A stretch of 61,338 nt of DNA from Chiloscyllium plagiosum (taxonomy: Eukaryota). The DNA is taken from the NCBI RefSeq assembly GCF_004010195.1, contig NC_057719.1, positions 4,327,865 to 4,389,202 of the forward strand. Reading direction: 5' to 3'. A program made the translations under genes and the position numbers. Within the stretch, counting starts at the first letter, position 1. Each line of letters begins with the position of its first letter. Below the pieces are notes generated by a model. That model did no database searches and was not told where the DNA came from. It saw only the letters and a program-made list of their open reading frames with translations. Of this stretch, positions 49,801 to 60,730 are shown in pieces.

Positions 49801-50890
49801 TACAGATATTCTCTTCCCTCATCCAAGTCATTAACATGCATTATAATTGATTGTTGTCCCAGCACTGACCCCTGGGGCACATCACCATTTTCAGGAGGTT
49901 GCTATTCTGAAAATACCCTTCTTTTCCCAAACCCCCTGTCATCTGTTAATTGGACAATCCTCTCCATCCATGCTAACACACCACCTCCAACACCATAAGC
50001 TATTGCCATTAAGCAGCCTAATGTCCAACAGCTTAGCAAAGACTTTCTGAAAATCCAGGTATATTACATCCACCACTTCCCCTTTATCTACCCTGCTTGT
50101 TAGCTCCGCAAAGAAGTTTAAGAAATTAGTTGGGTATGATTTCCCCATTATGAGGCCACGCTGACTCAGCTTGAGCATATTATGCTTTTCTAAATGCTGT
50201 GTTATTACATTGTCTATAATAGACTCCAGCATTTTTCCCAATAGCAGATGCTAAGACAACTATCCTTTTGTCTCCTTCCTTTCTTAACGTGTTGCATTAG
50301 CAATTTCCCAATCCTCTGGGACTTTTTCAGAGTCTAAGGATTCTTGAAAGATTAATACCAATACATCCACTATCTCTGCAGCTACTTCCTTTAATAATTG
50401 AGCATGCATCCCATAACATCCAGGGACCTATTGTTCATTAGCCCTATTTATTTCACTCACAGTTTTTTCTCCAGTGACATTCCTTTCCTTTCCTCCTTTC
50501 ACCCCTTTACAATGTTGCTAGTGTCTTCTACTGTGAAGCCTGGGGCAACATATTATTCAATTCCTTTGCTATTTCCTGGCTCCCATGAATATTTAACAGG
50601 CCTTTTGCCTCAGGGACCTATGTTAGTTTTGCCCTCTCTCTTCCTTTTTATTGACTTAAAGAAGCGTTTGCCGTCCATCTTGATATTGCTTACAAATTTC
50701 TCCTCAAACTTTATCTTCCCCTTCATTCTTTTTGGTCATCTCTTGTTGGGTTTTTTAGGCTTTTCCAATCCTCCGGCTTACTGCTAAATCTTTGCCATAT
50801 TATACGTGTTTCTTTTCCATTTGCTGTTATCTTGAGCTTCCCTGGCTAACCATGGTTGGTTTATCCCCTTCCTAGAATCCGTCATCCTCA
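46770..50890 (-). mobile_element. CR1 ORF2 (3' end duplicated; nested plus-strand CR1 ends at ~46958-47458 and ~48298-48800)
   Basis: Minus ORFs GKMLESII...VDVIYLDFQKVF (49939-50241) and MEYNLGKCEV (49308-49691). Confidence 0.88.
46783..49474. repeat. Tandem duplication of a ~1.25-kb block (46783-48030 / ~48123-49474) separated by a ~90-bp pLTR piece
   Basis: Identical ORF pairs 46901/48242 and 47134/48475; both copies end AAGGCTTCCTTGCATTTATA. The second copy has an extra ~100-bp pLTR insert. Confidence 0.95.
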
Positions 50891-50904
50891 ATGGGAAAAA
50901 AATG

Positions 50905-51240
50905 AAATTGGACTGACCACCTGGGTTTGACTGAGATGCTAGAAAAGACAACGGCAGAAACAGCTAACAGGGAAAAAGCATAGTTGACCTCATCCTTAGC
51001 AATCTGCCAGCCAAAAGATGCATCTGTCGATGACAGTATCGGTAAGAAGTAACCACTGCACAGTCCTTGCGGAGATGAAGTCCTGCCTTCACATTGAGAA
51101 TAACCTCAATTGTGTTGCATGACACTATCACTGTGCTAAATGGGCAGACTTCAAATAGATCTAGCAACTCAAGTCTGGGCATCCATGAGGTGCTGTGGGC
51201 CATCAACAGCAGAAGAATTGTACTCCAGCACAATCTGTAA
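50905..51240 (+). mobile_element. Non-LTR endonuclease C-terminal fragment (LINE-B-like)
   Basis: VDLILSNLP...DSIG..NHCTVL resembles the APE LDL...SDH region. Confidence 0.65.
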
Positions 51241-51586
51241 GCACCTAAAGCATGCCACATCTAGAACCTGCAACACCTGGAGCATGCCATTCCTGGAGAA
51301 TACCAACACCTGGAGTGTGCCGCTCCGGTAGCATGACACACCAATAACGTGCAACACCTGGAGTATGCAACACCTGGAGCATGCCATACCTAGAGCATCC
51401 CACTCCTGGAGCATGCCATACCTGGAATATGCCACACCTGAAGCATGCCACACCTGGAGCAAACCACACCTGGGGCATGCCACACCTGGAGCAAACCACA
51501 CCTGGAGCATGCCACACCTGGAGCATGCCACACCTGGAGTGTGCCGCACTTGGAGCATGGCTGACCTGGAACATGCCATACCTGGA
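51241..51586. repeat. 16-bp minisatellite (CACCTGGAGCATGCCA), ~21 units
   Basis: Units read directly. Confidence 0.92.
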
Positions 51587-52179
51587 AAATCTGGTACAGA
51601 TGAATTAGAAGGAGACAGTTGGGGGTAGTGTTGTCACTGTAAGTTTTGGAAAAACATAGATAGTACCTTCAAAAGAACATAGAAAAAACATTGACAGTTT
51701 TAACTTCAGCTATCCCAAGTTATTTATCACTTTTACATAGTTCTTTACACAACCCGTCCATAACATTATGAAGTAGTCCAACTGTTTTTCAGAACAATAT
51801 CATGTGAACTATTAAAGTATCCCAGCATGCTTTTAAATCTTGTGAAAAACCTGCATGAATGTAACACCACCACAACTTAAAGAGTTAACCTAACAATTTC
51901 CAAACCAGATTGGCGATTCCCATCCTATGTATGTGCCTGCACTGGGCGTAGGCCTGAATCCAGTGGAGAAACCTAGGAGCATAGACAGGACTGAAATAAA
52001 CATAGACCTAGGTCAAAAAAACATCAGAATGGTAACGCTGGTTAGGAGAGGGACAATGTGGGTTACAGAAGAAGAGGGTATGGTGATATTACACAGCAGC
52101 TATTTGCATAACGGTACACAGAATGAGAGAGGATGGCACAGAGTGCACAGACATAGAAAAACAGCAGCAAATAGGTTCA

Positions 52180-52415
52180 AAAAGGGAAATTCTAAAATGA
52201 CAAACTTAATGGCTCTTTATATCTATGAATGTAGCATTTGGAAAACAAAATGAATTAAGAACACAAATAGCGGTTTAATGGGGATGATCTATAACCATAA
52301 TGGAAATATGCTTGCAAGGAGACCAAAGCTGGAAATTAAATATTCACAGGTATGTGGTCTTATTTGAAAGGGTAGAGAGGAAGGAAAAGGTGGTGGGGTA
52401 ATGCTGTTGGTGTGT
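52180..52415 (+). mobile_element. Decayed CR1 endonuclease N-terminus
   Basis: LQGDQSWKLNIHRY and GKGGGVMLL-like coding. Confidence 0.6.
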
Positions 52416-52469
52416 CAGCAGATAACGCCCAAACCAAATAGATATTGTGAACTTCTGAGGAAATGTCTT

Positions 52470-52985
52470 TATTATTCCAACAAAACTTACCAATTTTTAT
52501 AGATGCACCATATAAAGGATCCTATGTGGATGCATCACAGTGTGACATGGCAGCTGCTGTTCCCAAGACCGTGAGAAACCACAGAGTCATGAACATAGGC
52601 CAGTCCATCAGGTAAATCAGCCTTCCGACCATTGACTCCGTGTATACTGCCTGCTGCCTTGGGAAAACAACCAACATCATCAATGACCCCTCCCTCCCCA
52701 GTTATACTCTCTTCCACCCTCTTCCGCCGGGCAGAAGATAAAGATGTTAGAATACACATACATGAACAGATTGAAGAACAGCTTCTTTTCCTCTGTTATC
52801 AGAATTTTGAACAGACATCTCAAATGTTAATTCAGATCTCTGTCTCTCTCTGCACCTCCTCTGCAGCTGTAACACTGTATTCAGCACTCTGTTCTGCACC
52901 CTGTATGGTACAATCTGCCTGTCGAGCACACAAAACAACACTTTTCACTCGATCTCAGTACATGTGACAACAATCAAACAAAAAT
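52470..52985 (+). mobile_element. Rex1/Babar-like LINE 3' end
   Basis: LTNFYRCTI..ILCGCITV..GSCCSQDREK matches the family C-terminal motif FYRCTIESILxxCITxWYG; tail GTACATGTGACAACAATCAA. Confidence 0.75.
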
Positions 52986-53089
52986 TATCAGGGTTGGAGA
53001 TTATCAATCCTGGAGTAGGCAAATGAAAAGGTGAGAGAGACAGAAAAGATGATCCAATCATGTGTATTGTGATTCTGACCAGTGTCATA

Positions 53090-53270
53090 TTTTCATCAAA
53101 GACTTGGGATGGGCACCACTGCAGCAAACGACAGAGAAAAATAAACTGACCGCCTTCTATAAACTGTGTAAAGGACTGGTGGGAATTGGCAGAAACATGC
53201 AGCCCATGCTGTCTGGAAATGATAAATCACACGGTGGATATCAACACAAACTTCATAGACCATTTGTTTC
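53090..53270 (+). mobile_element. Old non-LTR ORF2 C-terminal fragment
   Basis: DLGWAPLQQ...KLTAFYKLCKGLV resembles LGWxxLxxRR...LxxFYK. Confidence 0.55.
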
Positions 53271-53293
53271 CAAGACAGCGTGTCAATAATTGC

Positions 53294-54911
53294 TCTGGGA
53301 GTAAATGAAATGCCTATAAATAGCTGATTGTGGATTACTGTGCGGTCTCCCCTGCAAACATTCAATACACTTGTTTCCTGTTGTATAAATAATCTAGCTG
53401 GTTCAAAATTTCTCTCAACCATGCTCAAAGTAGCCTGTTAAACCTACAGTGATATAATATCGCTTAACGCTAAAATGTATCATTGATTCCTTTTGATAAT
53501 TTCTTCAGACCTTAAGCTGTCCTCCTGCCTTAAAGCTACCTCACCAATTATTTGTATGCACCCAGATTGGACACCAACAAACAAGCGACCCAGTGTGAAG
53601 TGAGATGACCAGGGCCCAGTGCAGAGCAAGGTGACTAGGGTCCAGTGCAGAGAGAGGTGGCCGGGATCCAGTGCGGAACGAGGTGATCGGGGTCCAGTGT
53701 GGAGTGAGGTGACCGGAGCCCAATGCAGAGCAAGGTGACTAGGGTCCAGTGCGGAGAGAGATGGCCGTGATCCAGTGAGGAGTGAGGTGATCGGGGTCCA
53801 GTGTGGAGTGAGGTGACCAGGGCCTAGTGCAGAGCAAGGTGACTAAGGTCATGTGCGGAGCAAGGTGACTGGGAACCAGTACGGAGCGAGGAAACCAGAA
53901 TCTCAGTGTGGAGCAAGGTGGCCAGAGCCCAGTGTGGAGCAAGGTGACCGGGGCCCAGTACGGAGCGAGGAAACCGGGACCAAGTGTGGAGCAAGGTGAC
54001 CAGAGTCCAGTGTGGAGCAAGGTGACTGGGGTCCAGTGTGGAGCGAGGTGACTGGGGTCCAGTGTGGGGTGAGGTGACCGGGGTCCAGTGTGGAGTGAGG
54101 TGACCGGGGCCCAGTGCAGAGCAAGGTGACTAGGATCCAGTGCGGAGCGAGGTGACCGAGGCCCAGTGTGGAGTGAGGTGACCGAGGCCCAGCGCAGAGC
54201 AAGGTGACTAGGGTCCAGTGCGGAGCGAGGTGACCGAGGCCCAGTGTGGAGTGAGGTGACCGGGGCCCAGTGCAGAGCAAGGTGACTAGGGTCAGTGTGG
54301 AGCAGGTGACCGGGGCCCAGTGTGGAGTGAGGTGACCGGGGCCGAGTGCGGAGCGAGGTGACTGGGGTCCAGTGTGGAGTGAGGTGACCAGGGTCCAGTG
54401 TGGAGTGAGGTGACCGGGGCCCAGTACGGAGCGAGGTGACCGGGGCCAAGTGCGGAGTACGGTGACAGTGGCCCAGTGCAGAACGAAGTGACAGTGGCTC
54501 AGTGCGGAACGAGTTGACAGTGTCCCAGTGCGGAACAAGGTGACAGTGGCTCAGTGCAGAGGGAGGTACTCATTTCCAGAAATCGCCATCTCAAACCTGC
54601 TGAATGATTAAGCTCCTTCTGTCCTGTGAGGTAGAGAATTCTAAAGATTCACCACAATTCGAGTGAAGAAATTTCTCTTCACCTCAGCGTAAATGCTCTT
54701 ATTTGTAAAGGGATAATGATAAATTTTAGCACCCAGCAATATTACATCATGGTATGTTTAACAGGCTTCTCTGAGTGTGTCTATTATGAAATGTAATGTT
54801 GAGCCAAATAGATTATTTATACAGCAGGAAACAAGTGTATTTAATGTTTGCAGGGGAGACCGCACAGTAATACACAATTAGTCATTTATGGACATTTAAT
54901 TTAGTCCCAGA
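53294..54911. other. ~200-bp inverted repeat pair of unrecognised sequence (53294-53493 / 54707-54911) flanking a minisatellite
   Basis: Hand alignment: core 53334-53396 vs reverse complement of 54809-54871 is 61/63; outer 40 bp is 32/40; an inner block is 49/61. Confidence 0.92.
53588..54565. repeat. GC-rich 26-bp minisatellite (CCAGTGTGGAGTGAGGTGACCGGGGC), ~37 units, with a local 78-bp higher-order repeat
   Basis: Units read directly; three variants alternate over 54111-54290. Confidence 0.95.
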
Positions 54912-55159
54912 ATTTTATAGCCTGTTTCACTCAGTCATCTTCCTGCTGGTCAAAAATGAACTCGAGAGTGTTATAAAAACTGCTGGGAGATTTATAACAC
55001 CAGGAAATCCCACTCCCTCTCACTGCCATGGAGGAGTTCCTGCCTGCTGAATGGTCAAAGGGTGTGGGATATTGGGGAAATATCTGTTTTCACAGAAGGT
55101 CTTATGAGACGCTGAGGAGACTCAGAAGCAGGTACGATTCTCACATTGAATCAGAGGAG

Positions 55160-55480
55160 CATGGATAGGGTAAATCGGCAAAGTCTCTTCCCTGGGGTGG
55201 AACTAGAGGGCATAGGTTTAGGGTGAAAGGAGAAAGATATAAAAGAGACCTAAGGGGCAACTTTTTCACGCAGAGCTGCCAGAGGAAGTGGTGGAGGCTG
55301 GTACAATGGCAACATTTAAAAGGCAATTAGATGAGTATATGAAAAGGAAGGATTTGGAGGGATATGGGACGGGTGCTGGCAGGTGGGACTAGATTGGGTT
55401 GGGATATCTGGTCAGCATGGATGGGTTGGACTGAAGGGTCTGTTTCCATGCTGTACATCTCTATGATTCTATGACTCTAT
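55160..55480 (+). mobile_element. CR1 3' end
   Basis: Close match to 9140-9490, including the (CTATGA)n-type tail. Confidence 0.9.
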
Positions 55481-55685
55481 CAATCTCTATTGGAAAGCGA
55501 ATCACAGCCCAGCTCTACGGTACAGTTAGAATCCTACCATGTCAAAAATACTGCCTTTCAGATAAACTCAATTTCTTTCATTCATTTCTGACTAACAACT
55601 CAAAGTTCTTCTGGTATGGATATTTTGTTCTGATGAAACTCATCAACCTGAAACATCAACTCGCTTTTATTCTCCACAGATACTG

Positions 55686-56686
55686 TTTTTTTTTTGTTTT
55701 ATTTTCAGCAATAGTGCTTATTTTTCCAGGCACCCATGTTGTGTGTGTGCAGGTGTCAGACACAGTGAAAAACAACAAGTGTGCAAATCTTTATTTATAT
55801 TCCACCACCAGGAAGAAAGGAAATACCCGAGCAGCCAGCGACAAGCAGTGCCCTACACAAAAGGCAATGCTGTGTGATCAAACAGTGAAGGGGAGGGCAA
55901 GGATTAAATCAAAATAGACTTGGAGGGGGAAATAAGACACTCCACTCCCTGCCGTGCCCACCTCTCCCTGAAAATCTTGATGGTGTTGGTGGACACCGCG
56001 TGCTCCTTCTCCAGGGACACCCGGGCTCTAACGTAACCGCAGAAGAGGGGCAGACAGTCGGCCCTAACGACCCCCTCCACGGCCCGCTGCCTGGACCTGT
56101 TTACGGCCAGTTTGGCCAGACCCAGGAGCAGACCCACGAGGAGGTCCTCAGACCTACCTTACCCCCTTGTGTGCAAACGCCCACACCCAATATATACATG
56201 GTCCACGGACTCCACAGCACCACAGAACAAGCAGTTGGGCTGGGAGTCCGTGAACCACCGCAATCTGTGGTTGCAGGGGACCGCTGCGTGCAGCACCCTC
56301 CACCCCTGATCCCCGAGAGAAAGGGAGAGGACTCCCGCGTAGAGAGCCCTCCACTGGGGATCCCCACTGCCCAGTGACAAATGGGCATGCCAAGGCGTGT
56401 CTGGGCAGTGGATGAGGGAGAAGAGGTGCGCAGCAGTTTTATGTGCCTAAAAGGGGCAAAGCTAAAACTCCGGACGTGGCTCAGGTTGTGGGGCACAGGC
56501 TCCCACGGGAAGTACGGGACCTTGGGGCCAATGTGAAATTCCGTCCGGGCAGGGGTGAGCGCGGCCGGGATTCCACCACACACCCGAGCATCCTTCAACT
56601 AGTGCACTATGTCGGGTCCGAGCACCGACCTCGTTTTAATGTGTCAAATGGCAGTGGCGACGAACCAAACGTCTACTGCTGCCCTG
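55686..56686 (-). mobile_element. Young 5'-truncated Tx1/L1-clade LINE inserted in a pLTR
   Basis: CCHC motif GWRVLHAAVPCN...CLFCGAVESVDHVYIGC; poly(T) on + (a poly(A) tail) at 55686; TSD CTCCACAGAT(A/G)CTG (55672-55685 / 56687-56700); CpG-rich. Confidence 0.88.
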
Positions 56687-57314
56687 CTCCACAGATGCTG
56701 CTAGATCTGCTGAGTATTTCCAGTATTTTCTGTTTTAATTACAGATTTATGGCATTTTTGTTCCAATTAATTGTGTTTGTGTTTGGGGACAAGCTGATGT
56801 TGTAAAAGATGCTATGGAAATGCAAGTTCTTAAAGAGAAGGGGATGAGGGAAGGGTTTTTTTCTTTCAATTGAAACTTACTGGAAAGGGGAGGTGGCTTG
56901 ACCATTGTCTGGGACAAGACAGTTGCCTGAATAACTTGAAAAGCTGATTGCTTAGCCCACATGGAGGGATTTGATAGAGTCTGAGAGATATCAGGCTGGC
57001 AGATGGATCAGAGAGACCACCAACAAAGCAATACCTTAATCCAGGGATAGTGGCAAGTCAACCAAGTGTTGCCATATAGAAAAGGAACAGTATGAATTGA
57101 ACAGCACTTTCCACCTCTTACCACAGTAACAGCCCTTCACTCCCACTCTGCATTTTATCAGCTCACAATACACTCTTTCTCTTGTCCTGGGTCCACAAGT
57201 ACACATCTGCAATCGATTTGGTAAGATGCTGTCATTGTAATCCAGAGGCATCGGGGTTACTGCTCTGGGGGTCATGGGATAAATCTAACCATAGCAGTTG
57301 GAGGAATTCAAATT

Positions 57315-58215
57315 CATAGAATCATAGAATCATACAGCATGGAAGCAGACCCTTCAGTCCAACGACTCGTAGAGCCATAGAGATGTACAGCATGGAAACA
57401 GACATCTCATCCAACTTGTTCATGCCGACCAGATAGTCTAAATTAATCTAATCCCACCTGCCAGCACCCGGCCCATATCCCTCCAAACCCTTTCTATTCA
57501 TATACCCATCCAGATGCCTTTTAAATGCTGCCATTATACCCAGCCTCCACCACTTCCTCTGGCAGCTCATTCCATACACGTACCACCCTCTGCATGAAAA
57601 TATTGCCCCTCAGGTCCCTTTTAAATCTTTCCCCTCTTACCTTAAACCTATGCCCTCTAGTTCTGGACTCCCTCACCCCAGGGAAAAGACCTTGTCTCTA
57701 TACCCTAGCCATGCCCCTCATGATTTTATAGACCTCTATAAGGTCACCCCTCAACCTCCTATGCTCCAGTGAAAAAAGTCCCGGCTTATCCAGCCCCTCC
57801 TTATGACTCAAACCCTCCATTCCCAGCAACATCCTGGTAAATCTTTTCTGAATTTCCCTATAACAGGGTGGCACATTGGTTAGCACTGCTGCCTCACAGT
57901 GCCAGGGACCCAGGTTCAATTCCAGTCTCGGACGACAATCTATGTGGAGTTTGCACATTCTCCCCGTGAGGCGTGGGTTTGCTCCGATTTCCTCCCACAG
58001 TCACAAAGATGTGCAGGTTAGGTGAATTGGTCTGGCTAAATTGCCCATAGTGTTAAGTGCATTAATCAGGGGTAAAGATAGGGGAGGAGAAGTGGTCTGG
58101 GTGGGTTACTCTTTGGAGAGTCAGTGTGGACTTGTTGGGCCAAATGACCTGTTTCCATACTGTAAAGATTCTAATCCCCTAACAGGGTGACCAGAACTGC
58201 ACACAGTACTCCAGA
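57315..58215 (-). mobile_element. CR1 3' end with a plus-strand HE1 SINE inserted at ~57865-58175
   Basis: QKRFTRMLLG...RLRGDLIEVYKIMRG; the SINE is flanked by TAACAGGGTG on both sides. Confidence 0.9.
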
Positions 58216-58639
58216 AGAGGCAATATGTAAAACAATTCTGGAAAGAGAAGTTAGATTCAGTTACAGCGACTATGAAACAATCAAAGATTGCTGTTTCAAA
58301 AAGTATCTGATTCACTAATGTCATTTAACAAGGAAATTGGCCTTTGGAAACCATTGAAAAGTGGCACCTCAGAAAAAGGCCATTCAGCCTATCACATCTG
58401 CCCTGGCTGAATAAACTAACCACCTGCTCTAATCCCAGCTGTCAGCACCCTGGTCTGTATCCTTGCAGGCTACCACACTTCCTCATAATTGAATTGAGGA
58501 TTTCCACCTCAACCACCAAAATGGGCAATGAATCCCAGACACCCACCACCCTTAAGTTCCTGCGAATGCTTTTACCAATGACCTTAGACCTGTACCCCTT
58601 GATAATTGACCTCTCCACAAGGGGAACCAGATCACAGAA

Positions 58640-58862
58640 TGATTACAGTGTGGAAGCAGGTCATTCAGACCTTACTAAAAGCATCCCACCCAGACCCTCA
58701 GATCTTTGAACTGTGAGAGGAAACCAGAGCACCTGGAGGAAACTCACACAGACACAGAGAGGATGTGTAAGCTCCACAAAGACAGTCACCTGAGGGTCGA
58801 ATCGAACCTAGGTCCTTGACACTGAGAAGCAATAGGGCTAACTACTGAGCCGCTGCACCACT
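58640..58862 (-). mobile_element. HE1-type V-SINE (older)
   Basis: GGAAACCAGAGCACCTGGAGGAAACTCACACAGACAC is the antisense V-domain. Confidence 0.8.
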
Positions 58863-59739
58863 CCAGACCATCACTGCCCACTCGACCCAAGCCCCTCAAT
58901 ATTTTGTACACCTCAGTGAAACAACTCTCCAGCCTCTTTTACTGTATTTACTCCAGACCCAGACCAATGCAACTGACTCTTAATGCCCTCTGAAATGGGT
59001 GGGCAAACCTTTCAGTCCAAGGGCAATTAGGGAAGGGCAACAAATGCCAACATTACCAATTGGAAAATGATACCATAAAAGATAAAATTCAGACCAGTGC
59101 TTCAGCCTCTCTGAGTTTGATTAATTTATTCATGTTCATGCATCCCTGATTTAAAATTTAAATGCACTTCTCTCATCTCACCATTCAATGTCATGTCTAT
59201 TTGCATTCCAGTTCTTTAGTAAATACTGAACAGAAATAATTATATAATACAATTTGCCATCTTTCTGTTCTACCTCTGGTATTCTCCGATCTCTATACTG
59301 TAGGGAGATGGCAAAGAAGCAAACCAATACATTCATTTTGGGATTCATTTTGCTCACAAGATTGAACTGACCTTGAAATATCCTCTGGTATAAAATGTTT
59401 TCAGTGACATTAGGAATCATCTTTCATGGGAAGTGTTATTTGAAATGCAGAAGATTACCATACATGCAAATTCAAACAGCTTTTCCAAACTAGGTAATGT
59501 ATTGAACACTCTCGAGAATGTTATTGATGTCAGATTCAGCAGACAGTGTTCACAAAGAGAGAGCTGCATTTAATTTTTATTCAAGTCATTTATGGGATAT
59601 GGGCATCGCTGGCTGGGCCAACATTTTTTTCCTGTCCCTAGTTGTCCTTGGGAAGGTCATGGATAGTTTTTTGGTGAATTGCTGCAGTCCATGGTGTAGA
59701 GATATGAATAGTACTGTTGGAGAGGCAGTCACAAATATA

Positions 59740-60285
59740 CAGAGTAAGAGAAAAGGTAGGCCATTCAGCTCTCCAAGACTGCGTTACTATTCAATAGAGT
59801 CATGGCTGATCTGTTTGTGTTTGATATTCTATATTCTCATCTACCCCTGATTATATTTATCTCCCTTGTGTGATAAGAATCGCTCTATGTTCGCCTTCAG
59901 AGTATTCACTGACTCTACTGCGTTCTGAGGCACAGAGTTCCAGAGTCGAACAAATCTCTGGGATAAAAAAATCTCTGACCCAAATGGGTGAGCACTAATT
60001 TTGAAGCCATGTTCGCCAGTCCCGAACTCATCTACAAGAGAGACTACAACACATAGGAGCAGTAGCAAACCATTCAGCCCATCAAGTTTGCTCTGCCATT
60101 CAATGACACCATGATTGATCTGATCATCTTCAACTCCACTCTCCTGCCTTTTCCCCATAACCCTTGATTCCCTTTCGGATTAAAGTCTGTCTCTCCCAGC
60201 TTTGAATATACTGAACAAAGCAGCCTGTACAGCTCTCGGCGGTAATGAATTCCATGGACTCACTACCCTCTGAGAGGAGAAATTC
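59740..60285 (-). mobile_element. Two tandem CR1 3' UTR fragments
   Basis: CCATTCAGC...TCATGGCTGATCTG and CCATTCAGCCCATCAAG...CCCATAACCCTTGATTCCC; minus peptide SQRFVRLWNSVPQ. Confidence 0.75.
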
Positions 60286-60730
60286 AACATAGCACAATAC
60301 AATTCAGTACAGAATAATACCATTTAATACAGTACAATACAATTCGATACAGAGCAATACAATTCAATACAGTACAATACAATTCAACATAGCACAATAC
60401 AATTCAGTACAGAATAATACCATTTAATACAGCGCAATACAATTCGATACAGAGCAATACAATTCAATACAGTACAATACAATTCAACGTAGCACAATAC
60501 AATTCAGTACAGAATAATACCATTTAATACAGTACAATACAATTCAATACAGTACAATACAATTCAACATAGCACAATACAATTCAATACAAAATTCAGC
60601 ATAGCACAATAGAATTCAGTACAGAACAATAACATTTAATACAGCGCAATACAATTCGATACAGAGCAATACAATTCAATACAGAGCAATACAATTCAAT
60701 ACAGTACAATACAATTCAGTACAGAGTAAT
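60281..60730. repeat. Hierarchical satellite: 5-bp (AATAC-like) to 20-bp to 100-bp higher-order repeat
   Basis: 60281-60380 and 60381-60480 differ at only 2 positions. Confidence 0.95.

Noticed and set aside
51169..51628. Cys/His-rich repetitive ORFs
   Set aside because: Products of a 16-bp minisatellite whose period is not a multiple of 3.
53739..54538. Long ORFs of 236 and 211 aa on the minus strand
   Set aside because: They are translations of the 26-bp minisatellite; the same peptides recur in shifting frames.
54857..54876. GTGTATTACTGTGCG (VYYCA) on the minus strand and CAGTG motifs, suggesting an Ig/TCR V segment with RSS
   Set aside because: No upstream V-domain frame, no CACAGTG heptamer plus nonamer at the right spacing, and the paired copy reads GTGGATTACTGTGCG.
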